Virus record (IMG/VR): IMGVR_UViG_3300042892_002922
Span: 128,001 to 192,000 of that record
DNA from: a virus
Taxonomy: Duplodnaviria > Caudoviricetes
DNA length: 64,000 nucleotides
Strand: one strand, 5' to 3'
Shown here: positions 10,382 through 21,845 of the stretch, in pieces
How the letters are laid out: the number at the start of each line of letters is the position of its first letter
How positions within the stretch are numbered: the first letter of the stretch is position 1
Notes under the pieces: generated by a model
What the model saw: only the letters and a program-made list of their open reading frames with translations
Databases searched by the model: none
What the model was told of the DNA's origin: nothing
Made by a program: the position numbers and the translations under genes

Positions 10382-11356
10382 ATGGTAGAGAAAATTTTGG
10401 TTGAAAACCCAAACCGATTTGTTTTGTTCCCAATAGAACATGAGGATATTTGGAAATTGTACAAACAACAAGAAGCGTGTATTTGGACAGCAGAAGAGAT
10501 TGATTTAGGTCAAGATATTACTGACTGGGAGCATAAACTTAATAATGATGAACAACATTTTATTAAGAATGTGTTGGCATTTTTTGCGGCATCGGATGGT
10601 ATTGTTAATGAGAATTTAGCAATGAACTTCGTAAATGAGGTTCAATATACTGAAGCAAAATTTTTCTACGGATTTCAAATAATGATGGAAAATATCCATA
10701 GTGAAACATATTCATTATTGATTGACACATACATTAAAGATAGAGAAGAACAAATGCATCTTTTCCGTGCAGTAGATACAATCCCAGCAATTAAAAAGAA
10801 AGCTGATTGGGCTATTAAATGGATTAATTCTGAATCTTTTGTTGAAAGATTAGTTGCGTTTGCGGCTGTTGAAGGTATCTTTTTTTCGGGTTCATTTTGT
10901 TCTATCTTTTGGTTAAAAAAGAGAGGTCTAATGCCTGGATTAACATTCTCCAATGAATTAATTTCTAGAGACGAAGGTATGCATTGTGATTTTGCTTGTC
11001 ATTTATACAACAGTCATATTGAGAAAAAAATACCTGAAAAGAAACTTAAAGAAATCATTGTTAGCGCATTAGAAATTGAGAAGGAATTTATATTAGAGGC
11101 GTTACCTGTTAGATTAATCGGTATGAACTCAGATTTAATGTCTCAGTATCTTGAATTTGTCACAGACAGGTTATTAGTTGCTTTAGGTTGTTCTAAAGTA
11201 TACAACGTAGCGAATCCATTTGACTTCATGGAGAATATCGCTATTCAAGGTAAAACCAATTTCTTTGAAAAAAGAGTTGCTGAGTACCAAAAAGCAGGAG
11301 TACATAATAAAGCTGAAGAAGAACTTGACAGCGCATTTTCTGACATGGATTTTTAA
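10382..11356 (+). CDS. nrdB: Class Ia ribonucleotide reductase small subunit
   Basis: [31 protein letters not shown] and SRDEGMH di-iron motifs. Confidence 0.97.
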   Translation: MVEKILVENPNRFVLFPIEHEDIWKLYKQQEACIWTAEEIDLGQDITDWEHKLNNDEQHFIKNVLAFFAASDGIVNENLAMNFVNEVQYTEAKFFYGFQIMMENIHSETYSLLIDTYIKDREEQMHLFRAVDTIPAIKKKADWAIKWINSESFVERLVAFAAVEGIFFSGSFCSIFWLKKRGLMPGLTFSNELISRDEGMHCDFACHLYNSHIEKKIPEKKLKEIIVSALEIEKEFILEALPVRLIGMNSDLMSQYLEFVTDRLLVALGCSKVYNVANPFDFMENIAIQGKTNFFEKRVAEYQKAGVHNKAEEELDSAFSDMDF

Positions 11357-11367
11357 AATAATAAAAA

Positions 11368-13779
11368 ATGAAGGTAAAAAAAAGAAACGGTGAATTAGAA
11401 GAAATGAGATATGACAAAATTACTAAAAGAATTAGTGCCCTTTGTCATGACTTAAATTTGGAATATATTGACCCAACATACATCACTCTTAAAGTAACGC
11501 AAGGGATATATGATGGAATTAGTACATTAGAGTTAGATAAACTAGCGGCTGAAACCGCCGCATCAATGACAACAACTCATCCAGATTACGCAAAATTAGC
11601 TGGTAGAATTGCTGTTTCAAATTTACATAAATCAACACCAAATAAATTTTCACAATGTATTAAACAATTATATTCTTTCAATGAACCTAAAACTGGAAAA
11701 GAATCATCATTGATTTCAAAAAATCTATATGATTTTGTTTTGGAAAACAAAGAAGTAATTGACTCAGCGATTGATATCGAAAGGGATTTAGATTTTGATT
11801 TTTTTGGGATTAAAACTTTAGAAAGATCATACCTATTAAAGATTGGCGAAAAAATAGTTGAAAGACCACAGTATCTTTATATGCGAGTTGCTATGGGTAT
11901 TTGTAATGGTGATTTAGAAATGGGCTTAAGGATCTATGATGATTTGTCTACTCATTTATATACACACGCAACACCAACATTGTTTAATGCCGGAACACCA
12001 AAGGCACAAATGTCATCATGTTTCTTATTAGCGAATAAAGATGACAGTATCGAGGGGTTGTTTTCAACAATTAAAGACGTTGCACACATATCTAAATGGG
12101 CCGGTGGTATTGGATTACACGTTCACAATGTTAGAGCAAAGGGTGCGTATATAAAGGGTACAGGCGGTGAATCTGATGGCTTAATCCCTATGATGAAGAC
12201 ATACAATGAAATTGCTCGTTGGATTAATCAAGGTGGTAAACGTAAAGGTTCATTTGCAATTTATTTAGAACCTTGGCATTCAGACGTTTTTGAATTTATT
12301 GAATTAAGAAAAAATACTGGTAAAGAAGAGATGCGTGCTAGAGATTTATTTTTAGCAATGTGGACTCCAGATTTATTCATGAAGCGAGTTGAGGAAGATG
12401 GTGATTGGTCACTATTCACACCAGACGAAGCTCCAGGTTTATCTGATACATATGATACACCAGAAGAAAAGAACTTTACAAAATTATATGAACAATACGA
12501 ACAAGAAGGTAGAGCGCGTAAAGTTGTAAAGGCAAGAAAATTGATGGATAAGATTTTAGAAGCGCAAATGGAAACAGGTACACCTTACATGTTGTACAAA
12601 GACCCTGCAAATTATAAATCAAACCAAAAGAATTTAGGTACAATCAAGTCATCTAACTTATGTACTGAAATTATCGAATATTCATCTGCCGATGAACAAG
12701 CGGTTTGTAATTTAGCGTCAATCGCTTTACCAAAATATATTATTAATGGTGAGTTCAATCATGAATTATTATATGAAACTACTAAGCAAATTGTTAGGAA
12801 CTTAAACAATGTGATTGATTTAAATTATTACCCGACAGAAGAAACTAAACGTTCTAACTTTAGACACAGACCAGTAGGTTTAGGTATTCAAGGTTTAGCA
12901 GATATTTTCTGTTTGTTAGGTATTGCATTTGAAAGTGAATTGGCGGATAAAATCCAAGTGGAAATTTTTGAAACAATTTATTTTGCTGCACTAACATCTT
13001 CAATGGAGATAGCACAAAAAGAAGGTGCTTATGAAACATTTGAAGGATCACCTTTATCTCAAGGTATTTTACAATATCAAATGTGGGGTAAAACTGATAA
13101 GGACACTTCAGGTAGATGGGACTGGAAATCACTAAGAAAAGAAATCATCAAATTTGGTGTTAGAAACTCGTTATTAGTTGCACCTATGCCAACGGCATCT
13201 ACAGCACAAATTTTGGGTAACAATGAAGCGTTTGAACCATTCACAACAAATCTTTACTTGAGAAGAACTTTAAGTGGAGAATTTGTTGTAATTAACAAAC
13301 ATTTAGTAAAAGATTTATTAAAGATTGGTATGTGGAACGATACCATCAAAAATAAATTAATTATGGAAAATGGTTCTGTTCAAAATATCCCAGAAATTCC
13401 TACAGAATTAAAAGAGATATATAAAACCGTTTGGGAAATGTCACAAAAAAGAATTATCCAAATGGCTGCAAATCGCGCTGTTTATATTGACCAATCACAA
13501 TCTATGAATTTATTTATGGACAATGTGACAAAACCAAAATTATTGGCGGCACACATTTATGGTTGGAAAATGGGTTTAAAAACCGGAATGTATTATTTAA
13601 GAACTCGTTCAGCGGTAGATGCTATAAAAAGTTTAGGGGTGGATATTTCAGCCACAACACCAAAACCAGAACCAGTGCAAGCACAAACGACGAATTCAAT
13701 ACATTTTGAACAAAACGATGCAACCTTGACAGCAAAACCAGACGATTCACCATTTGAATGTGTTGGTTGTGGTTCATAA
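11368..13779 (+). CDS. nrdA: Class Ia ribonucleotide reductase large subunit with ATP-cone
   Basis: N-terminal VKKRNG ATP-cone, ATPTLFNAG, SSCFL, SNLCTEI, APMPTAST and a C-terminal CVGCGS. Confidence 0.97.
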   Translation: MKVKKRNGELEEMRYDKITKRISALCHDLNLEYIDPTYITLKVTQGIYDGISTLELDKLAAETAASMTTTHPDYAKLAGRIAVSNLHKSTPNKFSQCIKQLYSFNEPKTGKESSLISKNLYDFVLENKEVIDSAIDIERDLDFDFFGIKTLERSYLLKIGEKIVERPQYLYMRVAMGICNGDLEMGLRIYDDLSTHLYTHATPTLFNAGTPKAQMSSCFLLANKDDSIEGLFSTIKDVAHISKWAGGIGLHVHNVRAKGAYIKGTGGESDGLIPMMKTYNEIARWINQGGKRKGSFAIYLEPWHSDVFEFIELRKNTGKEEMRARDLFLAMWTPDLFMKRVEEDGDWSLFTPDEAPGLSDTYDTPEEKNFTKLYEQYEQEGRARKVVKARKLMDKILEAQMETGTPYMLYKDPANYKSNQKNLGTIKSSNLCTEIIEYSSADEQAVCNLASIALPKYIINGEFNHELLYETTKQIVRNLNNVIDLNYYPTEETKRSNFRHRPVGLGIQGLADIFCLLGIAFESELADKIQVEIFETIYFAALTSSMEIAQKEGAYETFEGSPLSQGILQYQMWGKTDKDTSGRWDWKSLRKEIIKFGVRNSLLVAPMPTASTAQILGNNEAFEPFTTNLYLRRTLSGEFVVINKHLVKDLLKIGMWNDTIKNKLIMENGSVQNIPEIPTELKEIYKTVWEMSQKRIIQMAANRAVYIDQSQSMNLFMDNVTKPKLLAAHIYGWKMGLKTGMYYLRTRSAVDAIKSLGVDISATTPKPEPVQAQTTNSIHFEQNDATLTAKPDDSPFECVGCGS

Positions 13780-13810
13780 TATAATGGGTGGCACCTAAAA
13801 AGTCACAATT

Positions 13811-13849
13811 ATCGCGACATTTTTTAATAAAGTGTCGCGATTTTTTATT
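13811..13849 (+). terminator. Rho-independent terminator after nrdA
   Basis: ATCGCGACA...TGTCGCGAT inverted repeat followed by TTTTT. Confidence 0.75.
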
Positions 13850-13883
13850 TATTACCATTTCGGTATTCTTTATATTTATTGGT

Positions 13884-14336
13884 ATGGCAACATCCTATGG
13901 TATAGATTTCCCATTTAGGGATAGTATGGTCGGTGACTTTGTTAGAATGACAAAAACCCCCGAGCAAGAGATTAGAGCGAATCTAATACACCTTATATTA
14001 ACAAAGAGGGGTACTAGATATTTTTTACCTGATTTTGGTACTAGAATTTATGAATATATTTTTGACCAAAATGATGTTATCACCTTTAACCATATTGAAG
14101 ACGAAATAAGAGAATCGGTAAAAAAATACATTCCAAATTTAGATATAAATTCAATAAAGGTTGTTAACGCTGAAAATGATCCAGATGAACAGGTTAGTGT
14201 TAGTGAAGATGAAGATAGTCGATTATTTAGAACATCTGATTCATCAAACAAACCTTATACAGCAAAAGTAAGAATTGATTATACAGTAAATAATGGGGCA
14301 TTTGGTTCAAGTGATTTTATAATTATTAACATATAA
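13884..14336 (+). CDS. Baseplate wedge protein, gp25-like
   Basis: GIDFPF, IRANLIHLILTKRGTRYFLPDFGTRI and IRESVKKYIP motifs. Start moved to ATG 13884, just after TATTTAT; the track start at 13788 runs through the terminator. Confidence 0.85.
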   Translation: MATSYGIDFPFRDSMVGDFVRMTKTPEQEIRANLIHLILTKRGTRYFLPDFGTRIYEYIFDQNDVITFNHIEDEIRESVKKYIPNLDINSIKVVNAENDPDEQVSVSEDEDSRLFRTSDSSNKPYTAKVRIDYTVNNGAFGSSDFIIINI

Positions 14337-14337
14337 G

Positions 14338-16167
14338 ATGAGTAAAAAAATATCGTACACGAATAGAGATTTCGCGGGAATTAGAGAAGAGTTAGTTAAT
14401 TTAACAAAAGATTACTATCCCGAATTAATTAAAAATACAAATGACGCATCAATATTTTCGGTGTCATTGGATTTAAATGCCGCTGTTGCGGATAACTTAC
14501 ATTACCATATAGATAGGGTTTGGCAAGAAACTATGCTGGACTTTGCTCAACAAAAACAATCATTATTTCATATAGCAAAAACATACGGAATTAGGGTTCC
14601 AGGTCAAAGACCGGCCGTTTCATTATGTGATTTTAGTATTAATGTACCAGTTAGAGGTGATAAGGATGATGAAAGATACGAAGGTATCTTAAGAGCTGGC
14701 GCTCAAGTGTCTGGGGGTGGTCAAATATTTGAAACAATTTCTGATATTGATTTTTCTAACCCATTTAATGACAGAGGAGAACCAAACAGATTAAAAATAC
14801 CAAATTCTGATGCCAATAATAAATTGATTTCATATACGATTACAAAAAGAGAAGCTGTTGTTAATGGTGTTACTAAAATTTTTAGAAGAGCAATCACGCA
14901 AAGAGACCAAAAACCATTCTTAAAACTCTATTTACCTGAAAAAAATGTTCTAGGAGTTACTTCAATTATACATAAAGAAGGAACGTCTTTCGGTGCTAAT
15001 CCAAATGCTTCTGAATTTATTAGTTCAACAAATAAATGGTATGAGGTTAAAACACTAATACAAGATAAAGTATTCATTAAAGACCCTACAAGCACTTCTG
15101 ACAAAAAGAATTTTGTTGCAGGTACAAATGTTAAGGTTTCAAATAAATTTATTACAGAATATACACCAGAAGGTTATTTCTCATTAACATTTGGTTCAGG
15201 TAATGTTGATCCATTAGATAATTTGGACAACTATATTACAAGTAATTTAAAGGTTAACCTAGGAACATATCTAAATAATATGTCAATGGGTACAATTCCT
15301 AAAGCAAACACAACCTTATTTGTAAAATATAGGATTGGTGGTGGTAAGGAAAGTAATCTAGGGGTTGGTGTTTTAACAACGGTAGAAAATGTTGATTTTG
15401 TGATGACGGGTCCTTTAAGTTCTATAAATAACCAAGTATCTCAATCATTACAAGTTACAAACGTAACACCGGCTGTGGGTGGGGCGGATCAACCAACTGT
15501 TGAGGAATTAAGAAATATGGTTGCATATAATTTCGCAGCACAAAACAGAGCAGTTACGCTTAATGACTATAAATCATTGATTGAAAATATGCCATCAACA
15601 TTCGGGGCTCCGGCCAAAGTTAATGTAATGGAAGAAAACAACAGAGTGAGAATTAAGTTATTATCATATGATGAGAATGGTAACTTAAGTGATACAGTTT
15701 CTAACACCCTAAAAAACAATATTTTAAATTACTTGTCGGAATATAGAATGATTAACGACTATTTGGATATTGTTAGTGGTGAGGTTATTGATATGGGTTT
15801 AGAAATCGATTTGGTGGTTGATAAAAACCAAAACCAAGCAGATTTATTAAGAGAAGCGATTACTAAAATAACAGCTTATTTCTCAATCGACAAACGTAAG
15901 ATGGGAGACCCATTATTTGTGGGTGATTTGCAAAAAGAAATCAATGATATTTCTGGTATTGTCAACGTGGTCAGTATTAGAGTTTTTAATAAAATTGGTG
16001 GAGAATATTCAACAGCACAGGTTGCTCAAGAGTCAAATCCTATAACAAAAGAAATTGTACAATCTGATTCAACCATATATATGAAAGCAAATCAGATATT
16101 TCAAATCAGATTTCCAAATAAAGATATTAAAATAAGAGTTAAAACCTTAGGTTCCACTACATACTAA
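14338..16167 (+). CDS. Baseplate wedge protein, gp6/baseplate-J-like
   Basis: YTNRDFAGIREEL, LTFGSG, YRIGGG..SN, GGAD..T.EELR and AQNRAVTLNDY motifs. Confidence 0.88.
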   Translation: MSKKISYTNRDFAGIREELVNLTKDYYPELIKNTNDASIFSVSLDLNAAVADNLHYHIDRVWQETMLDFAQQKQSLFHIAKTYGIRVPGQRPAVSLCDFSINVPVRGDKDDERYEGILRAGAQVSGGGQIFETISDIDFSNPFNDRGEPNRLKIPNSDANNKLISYTITKREAVVNGVTKIFRRAITQRDQKPFLKLYLPEKNVLGVTSIIHKEGTSFGANPNASEFISSTNKWYEVKTLIQDKVFIKDPTSTSDKKNFVAGTNVKVSNKFITEYTPEGYFSLTFGSGNVDPLDNLDNYITSNLKVNLGTYLNNMSMGTIPKANTTLFVKYRIGGGKESNLGVGVLTTVENVDFVMTGPLSSINNQVSQSLQVTNVTPAVGGADQPTVEELRNMVAYNFAAQNRAVTLNDYKSLIENMPSTFGAPAKVNVMEENNRVRIKLLSYDENGNLSDTVSNTLKNNILNYLSEYRMINDYLDIVSGEVIDMGLEIDLVVDKNQNQADLLREAITKITAYFSIDKRKMGDPLFVGDLQKEINDISGIVNVVSIRVFNKIGGEYSTAQVAQESNPITKEIVQSDSTIYMKANQIFQIRFPNKDIKIRVKTLGSTTY

Positions 16168-16224
16168 TAGTTTTTTTACTTATATTCTACATTAGAAAAT
16201 CAGTAGGTTTCTATTTATATTAGT

Positions 16225-19200
16225 ATGGTTCAAAAACATAGAATTTTAACAAATGTTGGGAAGGATAAATTGGTTACTGTTGAATTACAACAGAAATTCG
16301 ATTTATTAGAGATACTTTCATTAAAATTTACTCAACAAGACACTTACGCATCATTGTGCGCCGACTATGGCGTTGTTTGTGGTAGAATATCAGTAAACAA
16401 CGGATTTGGTGTTCCTAATGCTAGAGTATCCATATTTGTTCCATTAGCCCAAGAAGACGAAGATGACCCAGTGGTATCAGCTTTATACCCATTTAAATCA
16501 GCACAAGATAAAAATGAGAACGGATATCGCTATAATCTACTTCCAGCAAGAAAACAACACGGCGGTCATGAACCAACAGGAACATTTCCAGACCAGACAG
16601 ATATTTTAACAAGAGAAGAAGTTCTAGAGGTATATGAGAAATATTACAAATATACTGTTAAAACAAATACTTCAGGCGATTTTATGATTTGGGGGGTACC
16701 CCTAGGTGAACAAACAATACATGTGGATGTTGATTTATCTGACATTGGTTGCTTCTCATTACGCCCAGATGATTTTTTAAGGAATGGTTATGGGGTTGAC
16801 CAATTTAAGTCAACATATCAGTTTAAACCAAGCGTAGATTTAGATTCACTACCACAAGTCGTTTCTTTTGATAGAACCGTTGAAGTTCACCCTTTCTGGG
16901 GAAATGTCGAACTATGCACTTTAGGAATTACTAGAAGCGACTTTGATTTGTCTAGTCAAGGGGTTAAAATACAACCAAAAGCATTTGTTATTGGTGGTTT
17001 ATTTACTGACAAGGATAGTAATGCAATTAATAAGAATTGCCAACCAAGAAGACAAATGGGTAGAAAGTGTGATTTGGTAACAGTTAATTCCACTATCGAA
17101 TCAATTAGATTTACAACACAGAGAGATTCAAGTAATCGACCAATATTAGAACTTATTGAAACAAAAGAAGATATTGACGAAAGTGGTTCATTCGTAATGC
17201 CAATTGAAATGAATATGGACTATGTCTATACAAATGAATTTGGTGAAAACGAGTTTACAAATGACCCAAACAAAGGTATTCCAACGTCAGCCATTTATAG
17301 AATGCGAATGTCTGTTAAGAACGAAACATTGGGTAGGGTTAGAACAACCGCAAGTTATCTTTTACCAAACATTAAAGAGTATAGTAACGACCAAATGAAA
17401 TCGTATGCGTGGTCAACCGAATATTCGGATTACCCCGCATCTGCTATGGGCGACATATTAAACAATGTCGACGGGTTTAATTACCCACAAGATTATTTCT
17501 ATAGATTTTCATATAATAAAGTTTATACTGTTTCATCTTTTCAAAGTTCATATTTTAGAAACGTACCATTCTCAACTGATAATTTCTTAGCAATTAAAGA
17601 AATTGTTCCAAGTGAAGAAGAAGATTGTACAAGTTCAGCAAATACATTCCCAGTTAACTTTGGTACTAAAAATGTAACTTTCACATTATTAATTGCTGAG
17701 GTTCTATTATTTTTAGAACATTTAATAAATCTATTAACATTGACGTTTACAAATTCTTTAGTGCGTTTATTATTTACAATTGGGGATGGTGCAGATTTTA
17801 GACCTATTAGACAATTAGCCAAAAGTATTAAAAAGGCAGCATTTAGAGCACAAGAAAATGGTCAAAGACGTTTATATCTAATAAACTATCCAGAATGTGA
17901 GGAATGTAACGGTGATGACACTTATGGCTCTGTTGTAAGCGGTACTGGAACTAGTAGTGATTATTGTTCAGTTGGTAGTGTAACAATAACTGGAGATTAT
18001 TTAGAAAATAGTAGAACGTTAAATGTGACATCATTAACATTTGCACCATCGTCAACAGGTAATTGTTCTGGCGAAGATTTAGATGCCTTAGGCGCCGCAT
18101 TAATTTCTGGCGGTACAGGTATTCTTTATTTTATAAATAATCAGTCAAATTATCTATTATCTAGTGTGACTTATGGAAACCAAAATTTAACCAATCAATT
18201 TTCGGGAACACCTGTTTTAGATATTAGCGGTAATACTATTAGTTATAGCAATATAACATTTGAAGATATAGAAGCATCATTAGGTGAACCAATATCATAC
18301 ACATTAACAATTAGAAGCGCAACAGAAAAAGAAGGTACAGACACATCAACATTAGTTCAATTAGAATCTGGTTGTGAATTATATGATACACCATATGATG
18401 AAAGTATTGTTAGCTGGTATTATCCAACAACCGGTTACACTAATTACAGTCAATCGGGTGTAATATCACCAGCAAGTTATAATGCTGGTACAACATCAGT
18501 TGTTGCAACAAACATTACCAATACCGGATATGGTGCAACAACAGATGCTTATACTTCAACACTTTCAGGTACAGACGATATTATTTTTTATCCTAGTTCA
18601 GGTGTTCCATTAGTTACATCTTTTGGTGGTGATTCCTATGAAAAATTTACCCGTAGTGGTATGTCTGAATTTGAAAATGGTGTTTTCACCATTGTCCCTG
18701 GATCCCAATCAACAAAAAGGGTTTGGGAGATACTGAGAGAATATCGAAGAAGAAAACGTGTTGGTAAACTTTTTTGTGGTGGTATCGTAAATTATTCATT
18801 TGTTGATAACTGGTTATCTGGTTCGTTATATTTCTTTGCATTTAAAGCTAAGAATAAAACATCAACAGATGCTGATTATTGTAAAGATATTATAAAATGG
18901 GCGCCAGATCAAAATATATTTTATTACAGATCATGCCCGTATAATCCTAGTACAAGTGCTTGGGGGGCAGGCGCTAGTTTATTTTTTACCAAAAAAAGAA
19001 TTAATCGCCCAACAACATTTGTTGATTTAGGTCCTAGAGATGAATTCATTAAAGAAATTTGCACTGACCCAAATTTAGACCCAAACTGTTCTGTTAGTAG
19101 ACAGATTGGTCCAACATCATATAAAAATTTTGGTGAACTGTTAGGGTTGGCAATTAACTATAGAATGGATGTTAGTAACAATGAACATGATATTAATAAT

Positions 19201-20100
19201 TTTTTTGATAATGAAGGATTTAAAGTAAACGGTATTAATAAGGTGTTGGATGGTGATATTATGCAATTAATATCCATTAATAATGAAGTTGGTATTGAAC
19301 CATTTGATTTACAAAGCCCAAAATATCTTGGGTATTCATATCAAGTATTAGATCCAGATGTATACCCTAGTGTGTTTAAAAACGGAACAAATGTGTATGG
19401 ACCATTACCAGTAACTTTTGAATTTGCTGAAGATGGCGAAAGACAAAGAGCTTGTTTAAATGAACCAACACATATTGCAAATGATGGTTTAACACTTGTG
19501 CAGGGTAGATTGACAGAATCGGCTCAACCAGTACCATTTTATTTATGGGAAAAAGGCGGAACCGGATTTGGACCACATAATGAAACAACGTTAGATAATC
19601 AACGATGGGATTATGGAAATGTTCAAGTACAACCTTTACAAGGAATGACTTATGGCTATAATTTAACATCGGCGGCGGATGATTCTTCTGACAAATATCT
19701 GTTATTACCAATGACATATACATTCTCTGGTTTAACTATTGGTGGTATTGATGTAACAACAACAGTTGAATTTGATGTGGTATCGTCATCTGATGGTCAC
19801 GCATCATATGATGGTGAGTATCCAGGATTTACTTATCTATATTATACTAGTGGTACTCAAATAGAACCAACAGCAGGAACACTATACACTAGATATGGTA
19901 CCGCTGGAACTTGGAATCAAGTTACTTGGGATGCTTCTATGGATTTTATAATTAGAAAAACACAAGATTATTATAGTAGTTCAAAACAGATTTTATCAAC
20001 ACCATTTTTATTTTATTTCGGTTTAAGACCAGGCAAAACCGGCTTGGATAAGTTTATTGAAAGATTTGGTCCGAAAGGAGCATTCCCATCAGCAGAATAA
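16225..20100 (+). CDS. Large baseplate/tail structural protein with an N-terminal carboxypeptidase-regulatory-like beta-sandwich
   Basis: GVVCGRISVNNGFGVPNARVSIF motif, baseplate context, preceded by TATTTAT. Confidence 0.6.
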   Translation: MVQKHRILTNVGKDKLVTVELQQKFDLLEILSLKFTQQDTYASLCADYGVVCGRISVNNGFGVPNARVSIFVPLAQEDEDDPVVSALYPFKSAQDKNENGYRYNLLPARKQHGGHEPTGTFPDQTDILTREEVLEVYEKYYKYTVKTNTSGDFMIWGVPLGEQTIHVDVDLSDIGCFSLRPDDFLRNGYGVDQFKSTYQFKPSVDLDSLPQVVSFDRTVEVHPFWGNVELCTLGITRSDFDLSSQGVKIQPKAFVIGGLFTDKDSNAINKNCQPRRQMGRKCDLVTVNSTIESIRFTTQRDSSNRPILELIETKEDIDESGSFVMPIEMNMDYVYTNEFGENEFTNDPNKGIPTSAIYRMRMSVKNETLGRVRTTASYLLPNIKEYSNDQMKSYAWSTEYSDYPASAMGDILNNVDGFNYPQDYFYRFSYNKVYTVSSFQSSYFRNVPFSTDNFLAIKEIVPSEEEDCTSSANTFPVNFGTKNVTFTLLIAEVLLFLEHLINLLTLTFTNSLVRLLFTIGDGADFRPIRQLAKSIKKAAFRAQENGQRRLYLINYPECEECNGDDTYGSVVSGTGTSSDYCSVGSVTITGDYLENSRTLNVTSLTFAPSSTGNCSGEDLDALGAALISGGTGILYFINNQSNYLLSSVTYGNQNLTNQFSGTPVLDISGNTISYSNITFEDIEASLGEPISYTLTIRSATEKEGTDTSTLVQLESGCELYDTPYDESIVSWYYPTTGYTNYSQSGVISPASYNAGTTSVVATNITNTGYGATTDAYTSTLSGTDDIIFYPSSGVPLVTSFGGDSYEKFTRSGMSEFENGVFTIVPGSQSTKRVWEILREYRRRKRVGKLFCGGIVNYSFVDNWLSGSLYFFAFKAKNKTSTDADYCKDIIKWAPDQNIFYYRSCPYNPSTSAWGAGASLFFTKKRINRPTTFVDLGPRDEFIKEICTDPNLDPNCSVSRQIGPTSYKNFGELLGLAINYRMDVSNNEHDINNFFDNEGFKVNGINKVLDGDIMQLISINNEVGIEPFDLQSPKYLGYSYQVLDPDVYPSVFKNGTNVYGPLPVTFEFAEDGERQRACLNEPTHIANDGLTLVQGRLTESAQPVPFYLWEKGGTGFGPHNETTLDNQRWDYGNVQVQPLQGMTYGYNLTSAADDSSDKYLLLPMTYTFSGLTIGGIDVTTTVEFDVVSSSDGHASYDGEYPGFTYLYYTSGTQIEPTAGTLYTRYGTAGTWNQVTWDASMDFIIRKTQDYYSSSKQILSTPFLFYFGLRPGKTGLDKFIERFGPKGAFPSAE

Positions 20101-21845
20101 TGGAAAAGAGACAAATTATATTACCAGAAAAGGAATACGCTAAAGCGCCAGAAAAAGATTTGGTGACTAAAATTGGTTTGAATACATCTGAAGAATTGTT
20201 AAGAGAAGGTGACAAAACAATATTATTGGATGTTCAAGAATTATTTGGTGAGGAGAGAAACGAAAGTCCTAAGTATAAAATATATGGTAAATTAAAAATG
20301 ATTTTTAGAAATCTATATTCTGGAACAACAGGATATGCAAAATTACAAAAGTCGTTATATCTAAATGGTGACGGAGCAACTGGTGCACAAAATGAAGGTT
20401 ACTTACCATATGATGAATTTGCTTTTTTAAGACGTGATTTATTGCGTGAAGTCATAACAGAGCCAGATGTAAATGCTGGAACTATGGGCACGTATAGTGG
20501 TTATGGCGTTAGCGTTACAGGAAACAATAACCATGCGTCAATATCAACTATGGACGCACCATACCATAACTGGAATTTATATCTTAGTTATGTTTATGGT
20601 TCTGACCCCGAATACCCTATTGCGTATACATTAACCGGCGGGGTAAAAACACCAAGTGGAAATAAAGCTAAACACGGAATACCGGCAAGAGTAACCGATA
20701 AAGGAAGTTATTATAAGTTAACAACACCAGTTCCTCACGGAATTGAACAAAAAGAATTTGTGGTTATTAATGGTACAGCACATTCAATTAAAAGTATTGG
20801 TGACGAGGTTTATGAATCTGAAAAGTATGTTATTAATGTTGATAAAACAGAATTAAGTGGAACTACCATTAGTGGTGTGATTATGATTAAAAGATGTTTA
20901 AGTGATAACGACGTAACAGGAACAACTTGTTCGTATTATGTACATAAACATAAAACACTTACAGATAATTCAGCTTATATAATGGATAAGGCAGGATTTG
21001 AAACGCCAATATTTGAGGATGAAAAAAAATTATTATTTGAAAATAGCGCGCAAGAAAACGATGTGTTAGTTGAGAAAAATAGAATGGAGTCAGTGATATT
21101 TGATTTTAGGGAACCATTTATTTTAACTGGTATTACTAACAATTTAGATTTTACACCAAGCGAAGTTTACTTGTCTGTTGTTTTTAAAAATGGCTCTGGA
21201 TATTTTGAATACCCACCAAAAGTGGGATATAAGTTTCACTTACATAATTCATGGGTTGATGAACACTTCAGCGGATCAACATCTAATGAAACCGGAATGT
21301 CTGGTCAAACATTTACAAGAACTCAAGGATCAGACACTTATACATTTAGTAGTGGAACAACATTACCAAAAGGCACTGTATTAATTGGTGCTTTTGTGGA
21401 ATATGACCCAGTTAATTTAAAAGAAAGAATTATTAGTGAATCTTTACATAAAATCACTAACCCAGTTTCAATATTCGACTTTAATCAAGATGATTCTGTT
21501 TATTATGTGGGTAATAGCGCACAAAATAAAATGGGGTTATATTATCAACCACATTATAGAATTAAATTAAGACAACTTTCGCCATATATTGAAACTTCAA
21601 ATACGGATAATATATATGATTTACCAGATAACGTACAATATTTTCCAAAAGAAGGTATTTGGAAATGGAGAGACGTTTATGACCACGGATATATCGATGA
21701 CGAAGGTAACGGAACAAATTTTCCATTTGTTAATGGTCAACATTATGTTATGCAAGATATTAATTTCTATATGAGAAATGAGAAGGAATATTTAAATAAA
21801 ACAAATGGCATTAGAGCGTTTGGTAAAAAGAAAACTATCTGTTAA
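20100..21845 (+). CDS. Virion structural protein (baseplate region)
   Basis: Translationally coupled (TAATG overlap), Ser/Gly/Thr-rich, in the structural operon. Confidence 0.6.
   Translation: MEKRQIILPEKEYAKAPEKDLVTKIGLNTSEELLREGDKTILLDVQELFGEERNESPKYKIYGKLKMIFRNLYSGTTGYAKLQKSLYLNGDGATGAQNEGYLPYDEFAFLRRDLLREVITEPDVNAGTMGTYSGYGVSVTGNNNHASISTMDAPYHNWNLYLSYVYGSDPEYPIAYTLTGGVKTPSGNKAKHGIPARVTDKGSYYKLTTPVPHGIEQKEFVVINGTAHSIKSIGDEVYESEKYVINVDKTELSGTTISGVIMIKRCLSDNDVTGTTCSYYVHKHKTLTDNSAYIMDKAGFETPIFEDEKKLLFENSAQENDVLVEKNRMESVIFDFREPFILTGITNNLDFTPSEVYLSVVFKNGSGYFEYPPKVGYKFHLHNSWVDEHFSGSTSNETGMSGQTFTRTQGSDTYTFSSGTTLPKGTVLIGAFVEYDPVNLKERIISESLHKITNPVSIFDFNQDDSVYYVGNSAQNKMGLYYQPHYRIKLRQLSPYIETSNTDNIYDLPDNVQYFPKEGIWKWRDVYDHGYIDDEGNGTNFPFVNGQHYVMQDINFYMRNEKEYLNKTNGIRAFGKKKTIC

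Noticed and set aside
6446-13779. Introns or inteins in recA, dnaB, nrdB or nrdA
   Set aside because: All four have normal lengths and continuous motifs, with no homing endonuclease or splice motifs.
13788-13883. N-terminal extension of the gp25-like gene given in the track
   Set aside because: It runs through the nrdA terminator and the TATTTAT box; the family-like sequence begins at MATSYGIDFPF.
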